Of a stretch of 64,000 nt of DNA, positions 45,948 through 56,449 are shown in pieces. Made by a program: the position numbers and the translations under genes. The notes under the pieces were generated by a model. That model saw only the letters and a program-made list of their open reading frames with translations. It ran no database searches and was not told where the DNA came from. The DNA comes from Parcubacteria group bacterium LiPW_15 (lineage in GTDB: Bacteria > Patescibacteriota > Minisyncoccia > UBA6257 > 2-01-FULL-56-20), in assembly GCA_007375645.1 (NCBI GenBank), contig VMER01000001.1:134256-198255 (forward strand), given 5' to 3'. The first letter of the stretch is position 1, and every line of letters begins with the position of its first letter.

Positions 45948-46841
45948 ATGCGTAAATCAATTTTATTTTCGGGATTTGTGATGTTTGCCGTGTTGTTCAC
46001 TGGGACGGAAGCTCACGCCGCGCCTCTTAAAACAATCGACGGCATAATCACCCAGATAAACCTCCAGGAAGGGACGCTTCTTATCCGCGACCGAAACGGC
46101 AGTCCCATGACCATAAAACTGCCTTTTGCCGTAAATACCAATCTAAGCGCGAAAGGAATCTTTGATGATGTAAAAAATATTTTGGATAATGTTACCGAAA
46201 TTAAAATAAAAAATGCGACGGCCACAGACGCAATTCCGATAATTTCCAGGATATATCCCGGTTCGGGTACGATTGGGACCAAAATAACCATAACCGGAAC
46301 CGGATTTACCAAGAGAAATAACAGTATTTTTATAGACAACGTGCCCTATGCTTCGATGGGAATTCCATCCAAAGACGGCCTCACGCTTTCCTTCGGATTG
46401 CCGATAGCGCCCTGCGATCAACGCCAGAAAAAATGTTCCGGAACGGATATTTCGTTCGGCGAACATCAGTTATTGATTGCAAATAGCAACGGCAGGAGCA
46501 ATATAATTCCTTTTACCGTAGTTCCCTCTCCGGCGCTTTCTCTCCTGACCGATTCACTGCCCCAAGTTGTCGCCAAAACCCAATACAACGCCAAAATATC
46601 GGCCACCGGAGGCTCCAAGAGTTATTTTTGGCAGATAGTCGAGGGAAATCTCCCGCGCGGCATTAGACTGATCCAATCATATTGCCTTGACCTAATCTGC
46701 CGTGGCGATCTTACCCTTGTGGGAGTCCCGACGATACCCGGAAAATACGATTTGAAAATATCCTTGACCTCGGGAAGCGAAAATATAACCCGGCAATTTT
46801 CGATCGTTGTGGTTCAACCGATAAACACTCCGCAATATTAA
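45948..46841 (+). CDS. Secreted protein with IPT/TIG-like and Ig-like domains
   Basis: Signal peptide plus a YPGSGTIGTKITITGTGF segment. Confidence 0.5.
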   Translation: MRKSILFSGFVMFAVLFTGTEAHAAPLKTIDGIITQINLQEGTLLIRDRNGSPMTIKLPFAVNTNLSAKGIFDDVKNILDNVTEIKIKNATATDAIPIISRIYPGSGTIGTKITITGTGFTKRNNSIFIDNVPYASMGIPSKDGLTLSFGLPIAPCDQRQKKCSGTDISFGEHQLLIANSNGRSNIIPFTVVPSPALSLLTDSLPQVVAKTQYNAKISATGGSKSYFWQIVEGNLPRGIRLIQSYCLDLICRGDLTLVGVPTIPGKYDLKISLTSGSENITRQFSIVVVQPINTPQY

Positions 46842-46851
46842 CGTCCGTTTT

Positions 46852-48060
46852 TTATCTTCCGGCGTTCAGAGCGGCTCTGGTAATCGGTCCAACCGTTCCG
46901 GTTTGCGTTATTCCGTTCGCTTCCTGATATTTTCTTACCGCGGCTTCCGTAAGCGCGCCGAAATATCCTGTTGGCTCGGAAACGAGAAAACTTTTAGCTA
47001 TCAATATTTTCTGAAGTTCCACAACCGCACTGTTTCTAACTCCGCGATAAAGCGGGGTGGTGAATTTATATGTACTCGGAGAGATAATGGCAGGCACATG
47101 GCCGATCTCTGGATCGGCGACGGCTGCGGATTTGATCGGAGCGGCAGGCGAAGCCAAAAGTACGGGCCCCTCCCCCGCCAAGTTATAAGCTTTAATCGAA
47201 ACCGTGTAAAAAGTTCCATTATTTAAACCGTCTATGGTCGCGGAGAGTTCGGTGCTTGAAACATAAATCGTGGAGGTTGTTTCGAGAGTCGCGATTATAT
47301 AGCCGGTTAAACCACCGCCCAAAAATAATGGCCTCTCCCATGTTGCGAATAACTTTCCGTCCCCTTGCGAAACTTTTAAGTTTTTCGGAATATCGGGCTT
47401 GGTCGGAGTGGTGGCATCGGCCGGAATAGACGGTAATCCGATGCCGTACTGATTGATTGCGGTAACTCGATAATTGTATGTGACCCCCGGAGACAGATTG
47501 TTGTCGGTATAACTTGCAGCCGAAGAGCCGGCATTTGCGACCAGAGTCACAAAGCCGCTGCCATACGGAGCTTCTCGCTCAATCCGATATCCGGTGATGC
47601 TTACGGTGTCTGCTGCTGCAGTCCAGGAAATTGTGATTGCGGAAGCGCTGCTTGCAATCGCTTTCAAGTCGGAGGGTCGCCCAGGAAGGGTTCTGGCGCC
47701 GGCCGAATTCGTTGTGGCAGCAACAGCTGTTGATGCCGGGCCAACCCCGTCCGCATTGACCGCGGAAACACGATAATTGTAAGTGACGCCCGGCGACAAA
47801 GACGTATCTTTGTAGGAAGTCACGTTTGAGTTCGAAAACACCTGAGCAAAACCTCCGCCAACCGGAGATTCTCTCTCCAGAGTATATCCGGTCGCGACCG
47901 GATCGGCGGAAATAGCTACCCAGCTCAGATCTATCTCGGTTTGGCTTATTGTCGCCGCGGAAAGACAACAAGGGGCATAGATAAACGCACTTGCCCTCAT
48001 CGCGCCAAAAGCGAAAAACACAAACAACCCCAAAAATCCGATTACAATTAATTTCTTCAT
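46852..48060 (-). CDS. Secreted protein with fibronectin type III repeats and C-terminal peptidoglycan-binding domain
   Basis: Repeated FN3-like GVTYNYRV segments and a C-terminal PG_binding_1-like domain (VVELQKIL...AVRKYQ). Confidence 0.6.
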   Translation of the reverse strand: MKKLIVIGFLGLFVFFAFGAMRASAFIYAPCCLSAATISQTEIDLSWVAISADPVATGYTLERESPVGGGFAQVFSNSNVTSYKDTSLSPGVTYNYRVSAVNADGVGPASTAVAATTNSAGARTLPGRPSDLKAIASSASAITISWTAAADTVSITGYRIEREAPYGSGFVTLVANAGSSAASYTDNNLSPGVTYNYRVTAINQYGIGLPSIPADATTPTKPDIPKNLKVSQGDGKLFATWERPLFLGGGLTGYIIATLETTSTIYVSSTELSATIDGLNNGTFYTVSIKAYNLAGEGPVLLASPAAPIKSAAVADPEIGHVPAIISPSTYKFTTPLYRGVRNSAVVELQKILIAKSFLVSEPTGYFGALTEAAVRKYQEANGITQTGTVGPITRAALNAGR

Positions 48061-48132
48061 AACTTAATTCTAACAAATCGACTTGTCGATAAGCATCAAT
48101 ACCAAAAACGGCCCGATGGGCCGTTTCGTACA

Positions 48133-48522
48133 TTATTTCGCGAGAGTTCCGATAAGGAAGTATTTAAGCGCCGCTTCCGGTTTCTCCTGGCCGCCATGCT
48201 GCTTCGTAAAGGCACTCGTACCGTCCTTACCGCAAATCCCAAGAATCGCCCTATCCCCGCCGGGATGCTTGCTTATCCAGGAAGTGAGGTCGTAAACATT
48301 GCCGCCAATAACGGAGTAGCAGCCTGTAACGGTCGCATGTGCCGCCACATCGACAAGTGTAAATGTTTTTGCGCTATCCGATGTTCCCTGAATGGCTGAC
48401 AGAGAATTATCCGCCGGTTTATCGGCCGGAACACTTGGAATTTCCGGACCGGATAAAAAATTTATTCCGAGGATCACGGCCACTAAGACAAATGCCCCTA
48501 TCAATATATATTTTTTAGTCAT
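48133..48522 (-). CDS. Cytochrome b5-like heme/steroid-binding domain protein
   Basis: N-terminal TM anchor and the HPGG motif. Confidence 0.65.
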   Translation of the reverse strand: MTKKYILIGAFVLVAVILGINFLSGPEIPSVPADKPADNSLSAIQGTSDSAKTFTLVDVAAHATVTGCYSVIGGNVYDLTSWISKHPGGDRAILGICGKDGTSAFTKQHGGQEKPEAALKYFLIGTLAK

Positions 48523-48540
48523 TAAACTATTCTACCAAAA

Positions 48541-48966
48541 TCAGTTTACTTTCATAACCTGCGGACGAAGCTGGATAGACCCTGCGGTTATGCTTCCGTC
48601 GCCGTTCGCTGACCCGGAAACGGTCACCTGTCCTCCGACCCGAATATCGGACACGGTGCCAGTCGCGAATTTTAAAATCTCGGTCGCTCCGGAAAGAAAA
48701 ACTATTTTGGAACTTCCGTCGCGAAGTTTCACCGTAAAACCCTTATCGTCAACAGAAACCACTTCTCCGCCGGTAAATCCTCCGGTCTGACCGCCTCTCA
48801 TCATTCCGCCGTTCGGAGTTTGTTCATTTAAATTGCCGGCAAAAAACTGACCGTCCTTCGAGATTTTGGATCCTACGGAGTTTTTGCCGTAACTTAATCC
48901 TCCAAAAAAAGCGAGGAGTATGAGTAAGGCGGCACTACCAATTATTATCATTTTATCTTTTTTCAT
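48541..48966 (-). CDS. Hypothetical secreted Gly-rich protein
   Basis: 141 aa with a signal peptide. Confidence 0.45.
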   Translation of the reverse strand: MKKDKMIIIGSAALLILLAFFGGLSYGKNSVGSKISKDGQFFAGNLNEQTPNGGMMRGGQTGGFTGGEVVSVDDKGFTVKLRDGSSKIVFLSGATEILKFATGTVSDIRVGGQVTVSGSANGDGSITAGSIQLRPQVMKVN

Positions 48967-48985
48967 TTTTTATTCACCCCTTATT

Positions 48986-50209
48986 TTATTCATAGCGCAA
49001 CGCTTCGATGGGGTTCAGGCCCGAAGCGCGACGCGCAGGATAGTAGCCGAAAACAACTCCAATACCCGCGGATACTCCGAAAGCCAGGAGCACCGAAGAA
49101 AGAGAAACGCTCGTCGCGATACCCGCAAATTGCGTGACTGCAAGAGATATGAGCCAGCCCAAAATAAGCCCGATTATTCCGCCCGAGAATGTAAGCATTA
49201 TGGCTTCCGCCAAAAACTGCGTACTTATATTCGCCCGTTTCGCCCCGATAGCCTTCCTAAGTCCAATCTCTCTAGTACGCTCGGTTACGGTCGTAAGCAT
49301 CATATTCATTATTCCTATGCCTCCGACCAAAAGAGATATGCCGGCTATCGCTCCCAAAAGTATAGTAAAAGTTCCGGTGACCGAAGAAGCCGTAGCCACG
49401 ATATCCGCCTGGTTCATTACGCTAAAGTCCGCCTGAGTAGGATCGGAAATCTTATGCCTATCCAAAAGTAAATTGGTAACCTCGGTCTGCAATTCGGTCA
49501 TCGAGTCAGCATCTTTGGCTTGAACGCTTATCGTGGTCACATATGTATCCCCTGCCAAAAATCTCTGCGCGGTAGAAATCGGAACATAGATCATATCGTC
49601 CTGGCTTCCGAAACCGCTTCCGCCTTTTGATTTCGTTATTCCGATTACCTTAAAATCAACTTTATTTATGCGGATACTTTGCCCGATGGCGTCAGCGTTC
49701 TCGCCAAAAAGATCATCGCGCGTGGTGGGGCCCAAAACAGCAACCCGCGAAATGCCGTTTACGTTCTGACCGGATACAAAGTCTCCCTCCTCTATTTCGA
49801 TATTACGCACTGCCGGATATTCCGAAACCGTACCGACAACCTGAGTATTGGTATTCGTTCCCGGCGCGGTCACCTGGTAGCGACGGGAAATCTCCGGCGC
49901 AACCGCCTGAGCCAGCGATATTTCCTTAGCTATCGCTTCCGCATCTTCCTGCTTAAGGCTTGTGGCACTGCCTCGTCCGGCGCTCACTTGAACGCCAGCT
50001 CCTTTTTGCGCCCCAGGCGTGACCAATATCAAGTTGGAACCGATAGATTGGATGCTCGATTCGATAGTTCCCTGCGCGCCTTGCCCGATAGAGATCATAC
50101 CGATAACCGAACCGATGCCGATAATAATACCGAGCATCGTAAGCGCGGTACGTACCTTGTTGGAGACAAGCGAAAAATATGTTTCTTCAAAAATATCGAT
50201 GAGTTTCAT
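48986..50209 (-). CDS. ABC transporter permease, FtsX/MacB-like
   Basis: TM helix 1, a large periplasmic loop and three C-terminal TM helices. Confidence 0.8.
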   Translation of the reverse strand: MKLIDIFEETYFSLVSNKVRTALTMLGIIIGIGSVIGMISIGQGAQGTIESSIQSIGSNLILVTPGAQKGAGVQVSAGRGSATSLKQEDAEAIAKEISLAQAVAPEISRRYQVTAPGTNTNTQVVGTVSEYPAVRNIEIEEGDFVSGQNVNGISRVAVLGPTTRDDLFGENADAIGQSIRINKVDFKVIGITKSKGGSGFGSQDDMIYVPISTAQRFLAGDTYVTTISVQAKDADSMTELQTEVTNLLLDRHKISDPTQADFSVMNQADIVATASSVTGTFTILLGAIAGISLLVGGIGIMNMMLTTVTERTREIGLRKAIGAKRANISTQFLAEAIMLTFSGGIIGLILGWLISLAVTQFAGIATSVSLSSVLLAFGVSAGIGVVFGYYPARRASGLNPIEALRYE

Positions 50210-50919
50210 TGATATATATGCGTGGCCACGCGTTTTTGATGATTTTTCTTGTCCTCCAAAATTTTTCCGTCTTGAATATGAATTATCCTGTCTGCGTGTT
50301 CCGCCACATACGGTTCGTGAGTGATGAGTACGATAGTGTGCGCGTGCTTGCGATTCAATTCTTGAAAAGTCCCCAAAACTATTTCGCCGGTTTTGGTATC
50401 CAAATTTCCGGTGGGTTCGTCCGCGAGAATAAGCGCGGGGTTATTGACCAGGGCTCGCGCAATAGCCACGCGTTGCATTTGTCCGCCCGAAAGCTGATTT
50501 GAAAGATGTTCCCATCGGTCGCTGGACAATCCAGCCGCTTCGAGAGCCTCTTCCGCGGCTTTCTTGCGATGTTCCTTAGAAATATCCGCGTAAACAAGCG
50601 GTAGCATCACATTGCGTAAAACCGTCGCCCTGGAAAGAAGATTAAAGGATTGGAACACGAAGCCAATCTTGCTATTTCTTATTCCCGCCAATTCGTCATC
50701 TGTAAGTTTCGAAACATCTTTACCATCCAAAAAATATTCTCCTGAGGTCGGAGTGTCCAAAGCTCCCAAAATGTGCATGAGGGTGGATTTTCCGGAACCG
50801 GACGGTCCCATGATTGCGACAAATTCCCCGTCCTTGATCTCAAAATCGATTCCAAATAAAACCGGAGTTTCAACCCCGCTGTTGAAATAGGTTTTGTAAA
50901 TATCTTTACACTTTATCAT
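50206..50919 (-). CDS. ABC transporter ATP-binding protein (MacB/LolD-type)
   Basis: Walker [10 protein letters not shown] and signature [15 protein letters not shown]. Confidence 0.9.
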   Translation of the reverse strand: MIKCKDIYKTYFNSGVETPVLFGIDFEIKDGEFVAIMGPSGSGKSTLMHILGALDTPTSGEYFLDGKDVSKLTDDELAGIRNSKIGFVFQSFNLLSRATVLRNVMLPLVYADISKEHRKKAAEEALEAAGLSSDRWEHLSNQLSGGQMQRVAIARALVNNPALILADEPTGNLDTKTGEIVLGTFQELNRKHAHTIVLITHEPYVAEHADRIIHIQDGKILEDKKNHQKRVATHIYQ

Positions 50920-50920
50920 G

Positions 50921-52735
50921 TTATCTTGGAGTCGCTCCGCCGCTCATCACGCCCACACCCGGCAAACGAACGCTGGTTGTTCCACCGGTAGTCTGCGAAG
51001 TTGCGGATGCAGAAACGGTTCGCACAACCACGGCTTCACCACCGCTCAGCCCTTCGATTATTTCGGTATAGGAATCTCCCTCGACACCCGTGGAAACGAC
51101 TTGCCGCTCCAAGGCGGCGTCGGAAGACGCGGTTACCTGGCCGTTTTGAGAATCCGCGAATACGGAAGCGTCCACGTTCGGTAATATTTCCACATACTTG
51201 GCCGCACCTTGCGTTTTCACGGCCGAATTGGGAACGGCAAACACGTCGGTTTTTACCTCGGTGACTATAGACGCAGATACGCTCATTCCCGGCTTCACAT
51301 TATCATTCGGAGCTTCGAAAGATATTTTGACGGTGTAATTAACCACTCCTTGGCTTACGGCGCCTATCGCGTCTACCTGAGCAACCTTCCCGATGAGCGT
51401 CAAATCGGGAAAGGCATCAAAAGTCAGAGTCGCCTTCTGATCAACTTTGACCCTGGCGACATCCACTTCATTTAGTGTCACTTCCGCCACTCTGGTCGGA
51501 GTTATGATGATCGCGGCAGCAGTGGACGGCGAAACTGTATCTCCTTTTTTGACAGTTATGTCCGCCAACACCCCGTCAAACGGCGCACGAAGATAATAAT
51601 TCGAAAGTTCTTCCTTGGCGTCCAAGAGCGCGTTCTCACGCTGAGTTACCGCAAGCTCTTGGGACTTCAAATCCAGCGGATCCGTTCCGGCCCTAAGCTT
51701 CGCCAAACTCTCTGTTTTCTCGGCTATTGATAGGTCTGCGTTGGTTATCGCATCTTTGTCGTTCTTTATCGAATCTTTCGCGTTTAAAAGATTCGAAAAA
51801 TCATTATTGACCGTACCGGTATAAGTTTGGAGCGAGCTTTGATGGGTCGTAAGCGTTGCCGGCGGTTTCGTTCCATTCGCGCTATTCGATAACGCTTCAT
51901 TTACCAGATCTAAAAAGTTTTTGGTATTTTTTACGGCTTCGGATATGAGCTTGGTCGTATCATACGATTCGTTTATCAAGGAATCGATTATTGTTTTATC
52001 GGAATAGCGGCTGGCAGCCTTATAGTCATTGAAATTAAGATCGTAGGCCGCTTTGGCTTTAGTAAAACTATTTAAAGCCGAAGTTCTGAATTGCTCCGCG
52101 TTGGATTTTAAGTCGCGGATCATATCGAAATAGGCATAAGCATTGCTCTGACCCTGGCGGATGGCATAGCCATTTAAAATGCTATCCAATCCGGTCATCA
52201 CGCCGGGCAGATCCAAAAAGGTGTTGGAAATCGCACTAAATCCATCATCGTACGCCTTGGCCAGATCGGTCACGGTGTTCTGCTTGTTTTGTTTCGCTTG
52301 AGTCAACGCGTTCTCAGCCTGCAGGAGTGAGAGCGCATCCGCCGGTTGTTTGAGTTTCTCGAGAGCGATTTTAGCGCTATCCAAAGACGCTTGCGCGTCT
52401 CTCACCGCTTTTGCGGCGTCCTTAGAATCTATCTGTAAAATAAGCGCGCCGGCCTTAACGGTTTGACCTTCCGAAACCGGCAGATAGGTTACTTCCCCCG
52501 AAGCTTTCGGCTTGATATCAAATTGATTGGCGGCGGAAATCTGCCCGGTTCCGGTAACCGAGGAAATGACGGTTGTTTTCGCGGCCTCCGCAACCAGATA
52601 GCGCGGAATAGTGACCGTGGGATTCAATTTCCCATAAGCGTAGTAACCGCCAAAAAGCACAAGAGCAGCCACAACCACCGCTTTGATCTTATGACTCCAC
52701 ACCCAAGACTTCGTTGAATGCCAAATTTTTTTCAT
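50921..52735 (-). CDS. HlyD-family periplasmic adaptor (membrane fusion protein) with extended coiled-coil
   Basis: N-terminal TM anchor, a long alpha-helical hairpin and a beta-barrel C-terminus. Confidence 0.75.
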   Translation of the reverse strand: MKKIWHSTKSWVWSHKIKAVVVAALVLFGGYYAYGKLNPTVTIPRYLVAEAAKTTVISSVTGTGQISAANQFDIKPKASGEVTYLPVSEGQTVKAGALILQIDSKDAAKAVRDAQASLDSAKIALEKLKQPADALSLLQAENALTQAKQNKQNTVTDLAKAYDDGFSAISNTFLDLPGVMTGLDSILNGYAIRQGQSNAYAYFDMIRDLKSNAEQFRTSALNSFTKAKAAYDLNFNDYKAASRYSDKTIIDSLINESYDTTKLISEAVKNTKNFLDLVNEALSNSANGTKPPATLTTHQSSLQTYTGTVNNDFSNLLNAKDSIKNDKDAITNADLSIAEKTESLAKLRAGTDPLDLKSQELAVTQRENALLDAKEELSNYYLRAPFDGVLADITVKKGDTVSPSTAAAIIITPTRVAEVTLNEVDVARVKVDQKATLTFDAFPDLTLIGKVAQVDAIGAVSQGVVNYTVKISFEAPNDNVKPGMSVSASIVTEVKTDVFAVPNSAVKTQGAAKYVEILPNVDASVFADSQNGQVTASSDAALERQVVSTGVEGDSYTEIIEGLSGGEAVVVRTVSASATSQTTGGTTSVRLPGVGVMSGGATPR

Positions 52736-52744
52736 TTTAATATT

Positions 52745-53218
52745 TTATCTGGTTTGGATCCTGATGAATCCGGCATTCGGAGGCAAAAGACGGATAAGTT
52801 TCGCCCGTATCATGCCGGAATCTTCGGGAGAACCGATAACCGTAGCCGCATCACCGGTTTTTAGGTCGGAGAAAGGAATCCTATTCCGGAATATAAAGAA
52901 TTCCGTATCATCGTCTACGATCACTTCACGCTCCAAATTTTCCCTATCGGTCAAAACAATGCTGGTGCTTGAGATCCCCATAATTTTTCCCGCAACGCCG
53001 TGTGCCGGCATAAAATACTGCGCATCCATGTCGAACATGTGAGGACCGGGACCCGCGGCGTTCAAATAATAATTCTCGCCCCACTTAAACGAAAATGACG
53101 CCTTCTTAAATCCGACCAGTTCGCCCACCCGAAAAGCGCTAAAGAGCAATCCGAACATGACCAGCCCGAGGACTATTTTTGTGAACTTTTTGGAATTGAA
53201 AAAGTTATTTTCCTCCAT
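52745..53218 (-). CDS. Hypothetical membrane-anchored protein
   Basis: 157-aa ORF between the anti-sigma-like gene and the efflux operon. Confidence 0.4.
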   Translation of the reverse strand: MEENNFFNSKKFTKIVLGLVMFGLLFSAFRVGELVGFKKASFSFKWGENYYLNAAGPGPHMFDMDAQYFMPAHGVAGKIMGISSTSIVLTDRENLEREVIVDDDTEFFIFRNRIPFSDLKTGDAATVIGSPEDSGMIRAKLIRLLPPNAGFIRIQTR

Positions 53219-53624
53219 CTTTATATTTTTTTATTTTCTTCGACCAGAGAACGGAATCATGAATATTCTTTGAAACGTGCTTGAGAAATATGAGGATCAA
53301 AGCTGCAGCAAAGAACGCGATAGCTATCGATCCCGCGGGCAAGCCTTCCAAAATAAAGTAAAGAGTTTCTCTCGCGGCAAAAACGGCGGAATGCGGAGCA
53401 TAAAGAAAATAAGGCAGAGAATCCATTCCGGAAGTAAAAACCGAATGCTTCAGAGAAAAAAGAGCGAAAACCAGCAAGGAACACCCTGCGATCAAAAAAA
53501 GCGAAAAATATACCACCCGCTTTTTTGAACCCAGGAAATTCTTTTCGCTGCTTATACGGCCCAAGACCCGTTCCAAAAGGCCGGTTTCTTTGCCGTTCCC
53601 CGATTCTTTAATATCCGCTTCCAC
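53205..53624 (-). CDS. Putative anti-sigma factor (single-pass membrane protein)
   Basis: Position downstream of the ECF sigma gene with overlap, plus an N-terminal cytoplasmic segment and a TM helix. Confidence 0.4.
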   Translation of the reverse strand: MEADIKESGNGKETGLLERVLGRISSEKNFLGSKKRVVYFSLFLIAGCSLLVFALFSLKHSVFTSGMDSLPYFLYAPHSAVFAARETLYFILEGLPAGSIAIAFFAAALILIFLKHVSKNIHDSVLWSKKIKKYKDGGK

Positions 53625-53664
53625 CTCTCTTATACGCGCGAGTGGGACGGTTTTGGTGCGAAGC

Positions 53665-54240
53665 TCAAACCAAACGCTTGCCTAGATCGGCCCTGAGAGC
53701 CGAAAGAGTTCGCCGATAGCTGCTTTTAACCGTATTCAAAGGCGTTTTAAGGAGAATCGAAATGTCTTTAAATGTAAGGTCCAATTCCGTTCGGAGTGAA
53801 AATATTTTCCGATGCTTATCCGGCAGATCTTCGAGAGCTTCCGCGACACTCAGAGCAAGAAGCCTTTCGTCTAAAACATCATCCAATCCCCTGGCCGCGG
53901 GAATGAACCTGTCGACGGTTGTTTCCCCGTTTTCGTCCTCCAAAAGCGAAAGCGGAACGCTTTCCCTATGTCTCAGATAATCCAGCGCCGTATTTTTGGC
54001 GATGGTAAACAGCCAAGAACGAAAATTGCGTTTGGTATCAAAAGTTTTAATATTCTTCCAAACCTTAACGAATGTCTCCTGAGCGATATCTTCCGCTTTG
54101 TCGTTGTCTCCCACATACCCCCTCGCAAACCCGCAAACGGACGAAAGATATCTTTCGGCTAAAACACCAAAGGCCGATTCATTTCCATCGGTATAGATTT
54201 CGATAAGTTTTTCGTCCGAAATATTTTTAATGTCTTCCAT
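53665..54240 (-). CDS. ECF-type RNA polymerase sigma-70 factor
   Basis: Sigma-70 region 2 and region 4 signatures. Confidence 0.8.
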   Translation of the reverse strand: MEDIKNISDEKLIEIYTDGNESAFGVLAERYLSSVCGFARGYVGDNDKAEDIAQETFVKVWKNIKTFDTKRNFRSWLFTIAKNTALDYLRHRESVPLSLLEDENGETTVDRFIPAARGLDDVLDERLLALSVAEALEDLPDKHRKIFSLRTELDLTFKDISILLKTPLNTVKSSYRRTLSALRADLGKRLV

Positions 54241-54283
54241 GGTCTATATATAATACGGCTCAAAACGGCGTTAAGTTTCGTCT

Positions 54284-55117
54284 TCAGTTGAACGAGAATT
54301 TCTCCTGCACGCTTTTCAGGAAATAATTTTTCTCGAAAACCGCGAATTTCGCATAACGTTCGGCTTTACGAATTTCCACGATATCTCCCGGTTCAAGCGG
54401 GAAAATACTGTTGGAATCCGCGGATAAAACGACATCCACGGCCTTTCCGGTCTTACCGAGAGAAAGGAGACCGTGTTTCCTGAAGTTGAGCACTTTCAAT
54501 CGTACCACCTTATCTCCCGTTACGACAAAACTTGGCGTAGGAATATTGTGATCCAAAAGTTTCGTAATTATCATGCATTCCATTTCCGGCATAACCACCG
54601 GGCCGTGCGCGGATAGATTAAAAGCGGTGGAACCTGTTGCCGTGGAAACCAAGATCCCCGTACCCCGCACATATTGGAAAGGATGATCCTCGATATTTAC
54701 TTCCAACTCGACCATGCCCAGAGGACTCTGGATGGCCGCTTCGTTAAGCGACTCCGCCTCGAATACCAGTCTTTTCCCCCTATATGCGGAAATCGAAAGG
54801 AGCATCCTCTTTTCCTCGGAATATGCTCCTTTAAATAATTTTTGGAGTGCGGATAAAAACTTCTTGGGTGATCTGACCGAAGAAAGAAATCCCACATTTC
54901 CGAGATTCAGGGAGATAATTGCGGGTTCTCCCTTATATTTCTGCACTGCCGAAAGCACAGCTCCGTCTCCTCCTAAAACCAGCAAAAAATCCGGAGATTT
55001 AGAATTTTCTTTTATATCTGGATGCTCCTTGCGCATCCAAGCGCGGATCTTAACCGCCCATTTTTTTGCGACGGGCACATCTTTCCGATAAAAGAACGCG
55101 TAAGTCTTTGCCTCCAT
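54284..55117 (-). CDS. nadK: NAD+ kinase
   Basis: GGDG motif (LVLGGDGAVL) and NAD kinase C-terminal domain. Confidence 0.85.
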   Translation of the reverse strand: MEAKTYAFFYRKDVPVAKKWAVKIRAWMRKEHPDIKENSKSPDFLLVLGGDGAVLSAVQKYKGEPAIISLNLGNVGFLSSVRSPKKFLSALQKLFKGAYSEEKRMLLSISAYRGKRLVFEAESLNEAAIQSPLGMVELEVNIEDHPFQYVRGTGILVSTATGSTAFNLSAHGPVVMPEMECMIITKLLDHNIPTPSFVVTGDKVVRLKVLNFRKHGLLSLGKTGKAVDVVLSADSNSIFPLEPGDIVEIRKAERYAKFAVFEKNYFLKSVQEKFSFN

Positions 55118-55120
55118 GGC

Positions 55121-55321
55121 TTATAATCCTAAATTAGAAATATTTAGCGTGCTCAAAAACTGCGGGATAACAAAAACGAGGCCGATAAGCGGCAGGACAA
55201 TAACTATCGCGGTAACGATAAGGGTCCAAAAGAAATACTTTCTGATTTTTTCAACGGAAACGAACACGGCTCCAACTTTTTTCTCAAGTTCTTCCAATCG
55301 TCCTTTCATGTCTTCATCCAT
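55121..55321 (-). CDS. Small hypothetical membrane protein
   Basis: 66 aa with one TM helix. Confidence 0.35.
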   Translation of the reverse strand: MDEDMKGRLEELEKKVGAVFVSVEKIRKYFFWTLIVTAIVIVLPLIGLVFVIPQFLSTLNISNLGL

Positions 55322-55384
55322 AACCGAATAATATAATAAAAAATCAAAGCTGGCTAAAACCAGCGTTTGAGATAAAACGACTGA

Positions 55385-55648
55385 TCATTTGGCTTTTGCG
55401 CCCGCCCACGCCAGCAATTCTTCGTAAGTAGACTCGCCGCAAATCGTCTTCCCGGTTTCGGTATTTATAAAAAACGGCACTCCCCCGCACACGCCTTTGT
55501 CATACTCCTCCAACTTCTTGGCATTCGCTTCATCATGCCAAGTTTCGTATCGCTCCACCTTCAAGCCGGTCGCTTTTTCAAGTTTCTCGACCAGCGGGAC
55601 CATTCGCATGCAATGCACGCATTCTGTTCCGTAAAATTCCATCAACAT
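55385..55648 (-). CDS. Thioredoxin/glutaredoxin-family small redox protein
   Basis: CVHC active-site motif, 87 aa. Confidence 0.65.
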   Translation of the reverse strand: MLMEFYGTECVHCMRMVPLVEKLEKATGLKVERYETWHDEANAKKLEEYDKGVCGGVPFFINTETGKTICGESTYEELLAWAGAKAK

Positions 55649-55652
55649 GTAT

Positions 55653-55976
55653 TCATGTTATCACTTTGCCGCCCGCCAGTTTCCAATCCCTCAAGCCCCC
55701 GATGTTTTTGACATTACTGAATCCTTTTGAGGCCAAAATACTTTTGGCAGCTTCCGCTCTGCCTCCCGCGGCGCAATAAACACAAATTGCCTTATCTTTC
55801 GGAATTTCCGGCAGCTCTCCGGCTTCGAGGCGCGCAAGTTCAAAATGTATGGCGTTTTCCGCGTGACCGGTGTCCCACTCCTCTTTCGTCCGGACATCCA
55901 AAAGCACCGCCTTTCCACCCTTCATGTCTTCCATAAAACATTTAAGCGCCTCTTCGTTTATTTTGTTTATTTCCAT
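55653..55976 (-). CDS. Rhodanese-domain sulfurtransferase
   Basis: Active-site Cys loop CVYCAAGGRA. Start chosen at MEINK; the ORF extends to 56072. Confidence 0.65.
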   Translation of the reverse strand: MEINKINEEALKCFMEDMKGGKAVLLDVRTKEEWDTGHAENAIHFELARLEAGELPEIPKDKAICVYCAAGGRAEAAKSILASKGFSNVKNIGGLRDWKLAGGKVIT

Positions 55977-56156
55977 ATTTATTTTTAAATGGACGGCCTT
56001 TATTCCTGCCTTAATTATAGGGATGGGCCGTTCCGGCAAAAGCCCTTCTTTTGCACACGGCAAATCCTCCACGCTTTGCCGAATCTGTTACATACTCGGT
56101 TTGGTATAATCAAGGAAAAGGTCGAGGCATGCATATTCGGATACGACTATACAAAA

Positions 56157-56348
56157 ATGCTTCATAAAATCACCTGGGTACTGCTCATTATCGGCGGTTT
56201 GAACTGGGGGTTGAATATCTTTGGTTGGGAAGTTGGTCAATTTCTCGGCGTGACCTTGGCCAACATCGTTTACGCGCTTGTTGCCCTTTCCGCCCTCTAT
56301 CAGCTTTTCGTTCCCAAGAAAAGCAGCGCGCCCATGATGGCTCAGTAA
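56157..56348 (+). CDS. DUF378-family small membrane protein
   Basis: The segment MLHKITWVLLIIGGLNWGLNIFG is typical of DUF378. Confidence 0.5.
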   Translation: MLHKITWVLLIIGGLNWGLNIFGWEVGQFLGVTLANIVYALVALSALYQLFVPKKSSAPMMAQ

Positions 56349-56449
56349 AACAGAAAAACAAAAAGCGCCCGGAAACGGGTGTTTTTTGTTGGAAATTGAT
56401 TACGCCCCAAAAGTTAGCCTTCGGGAAGATTATCTGCTAGAATACCCGC

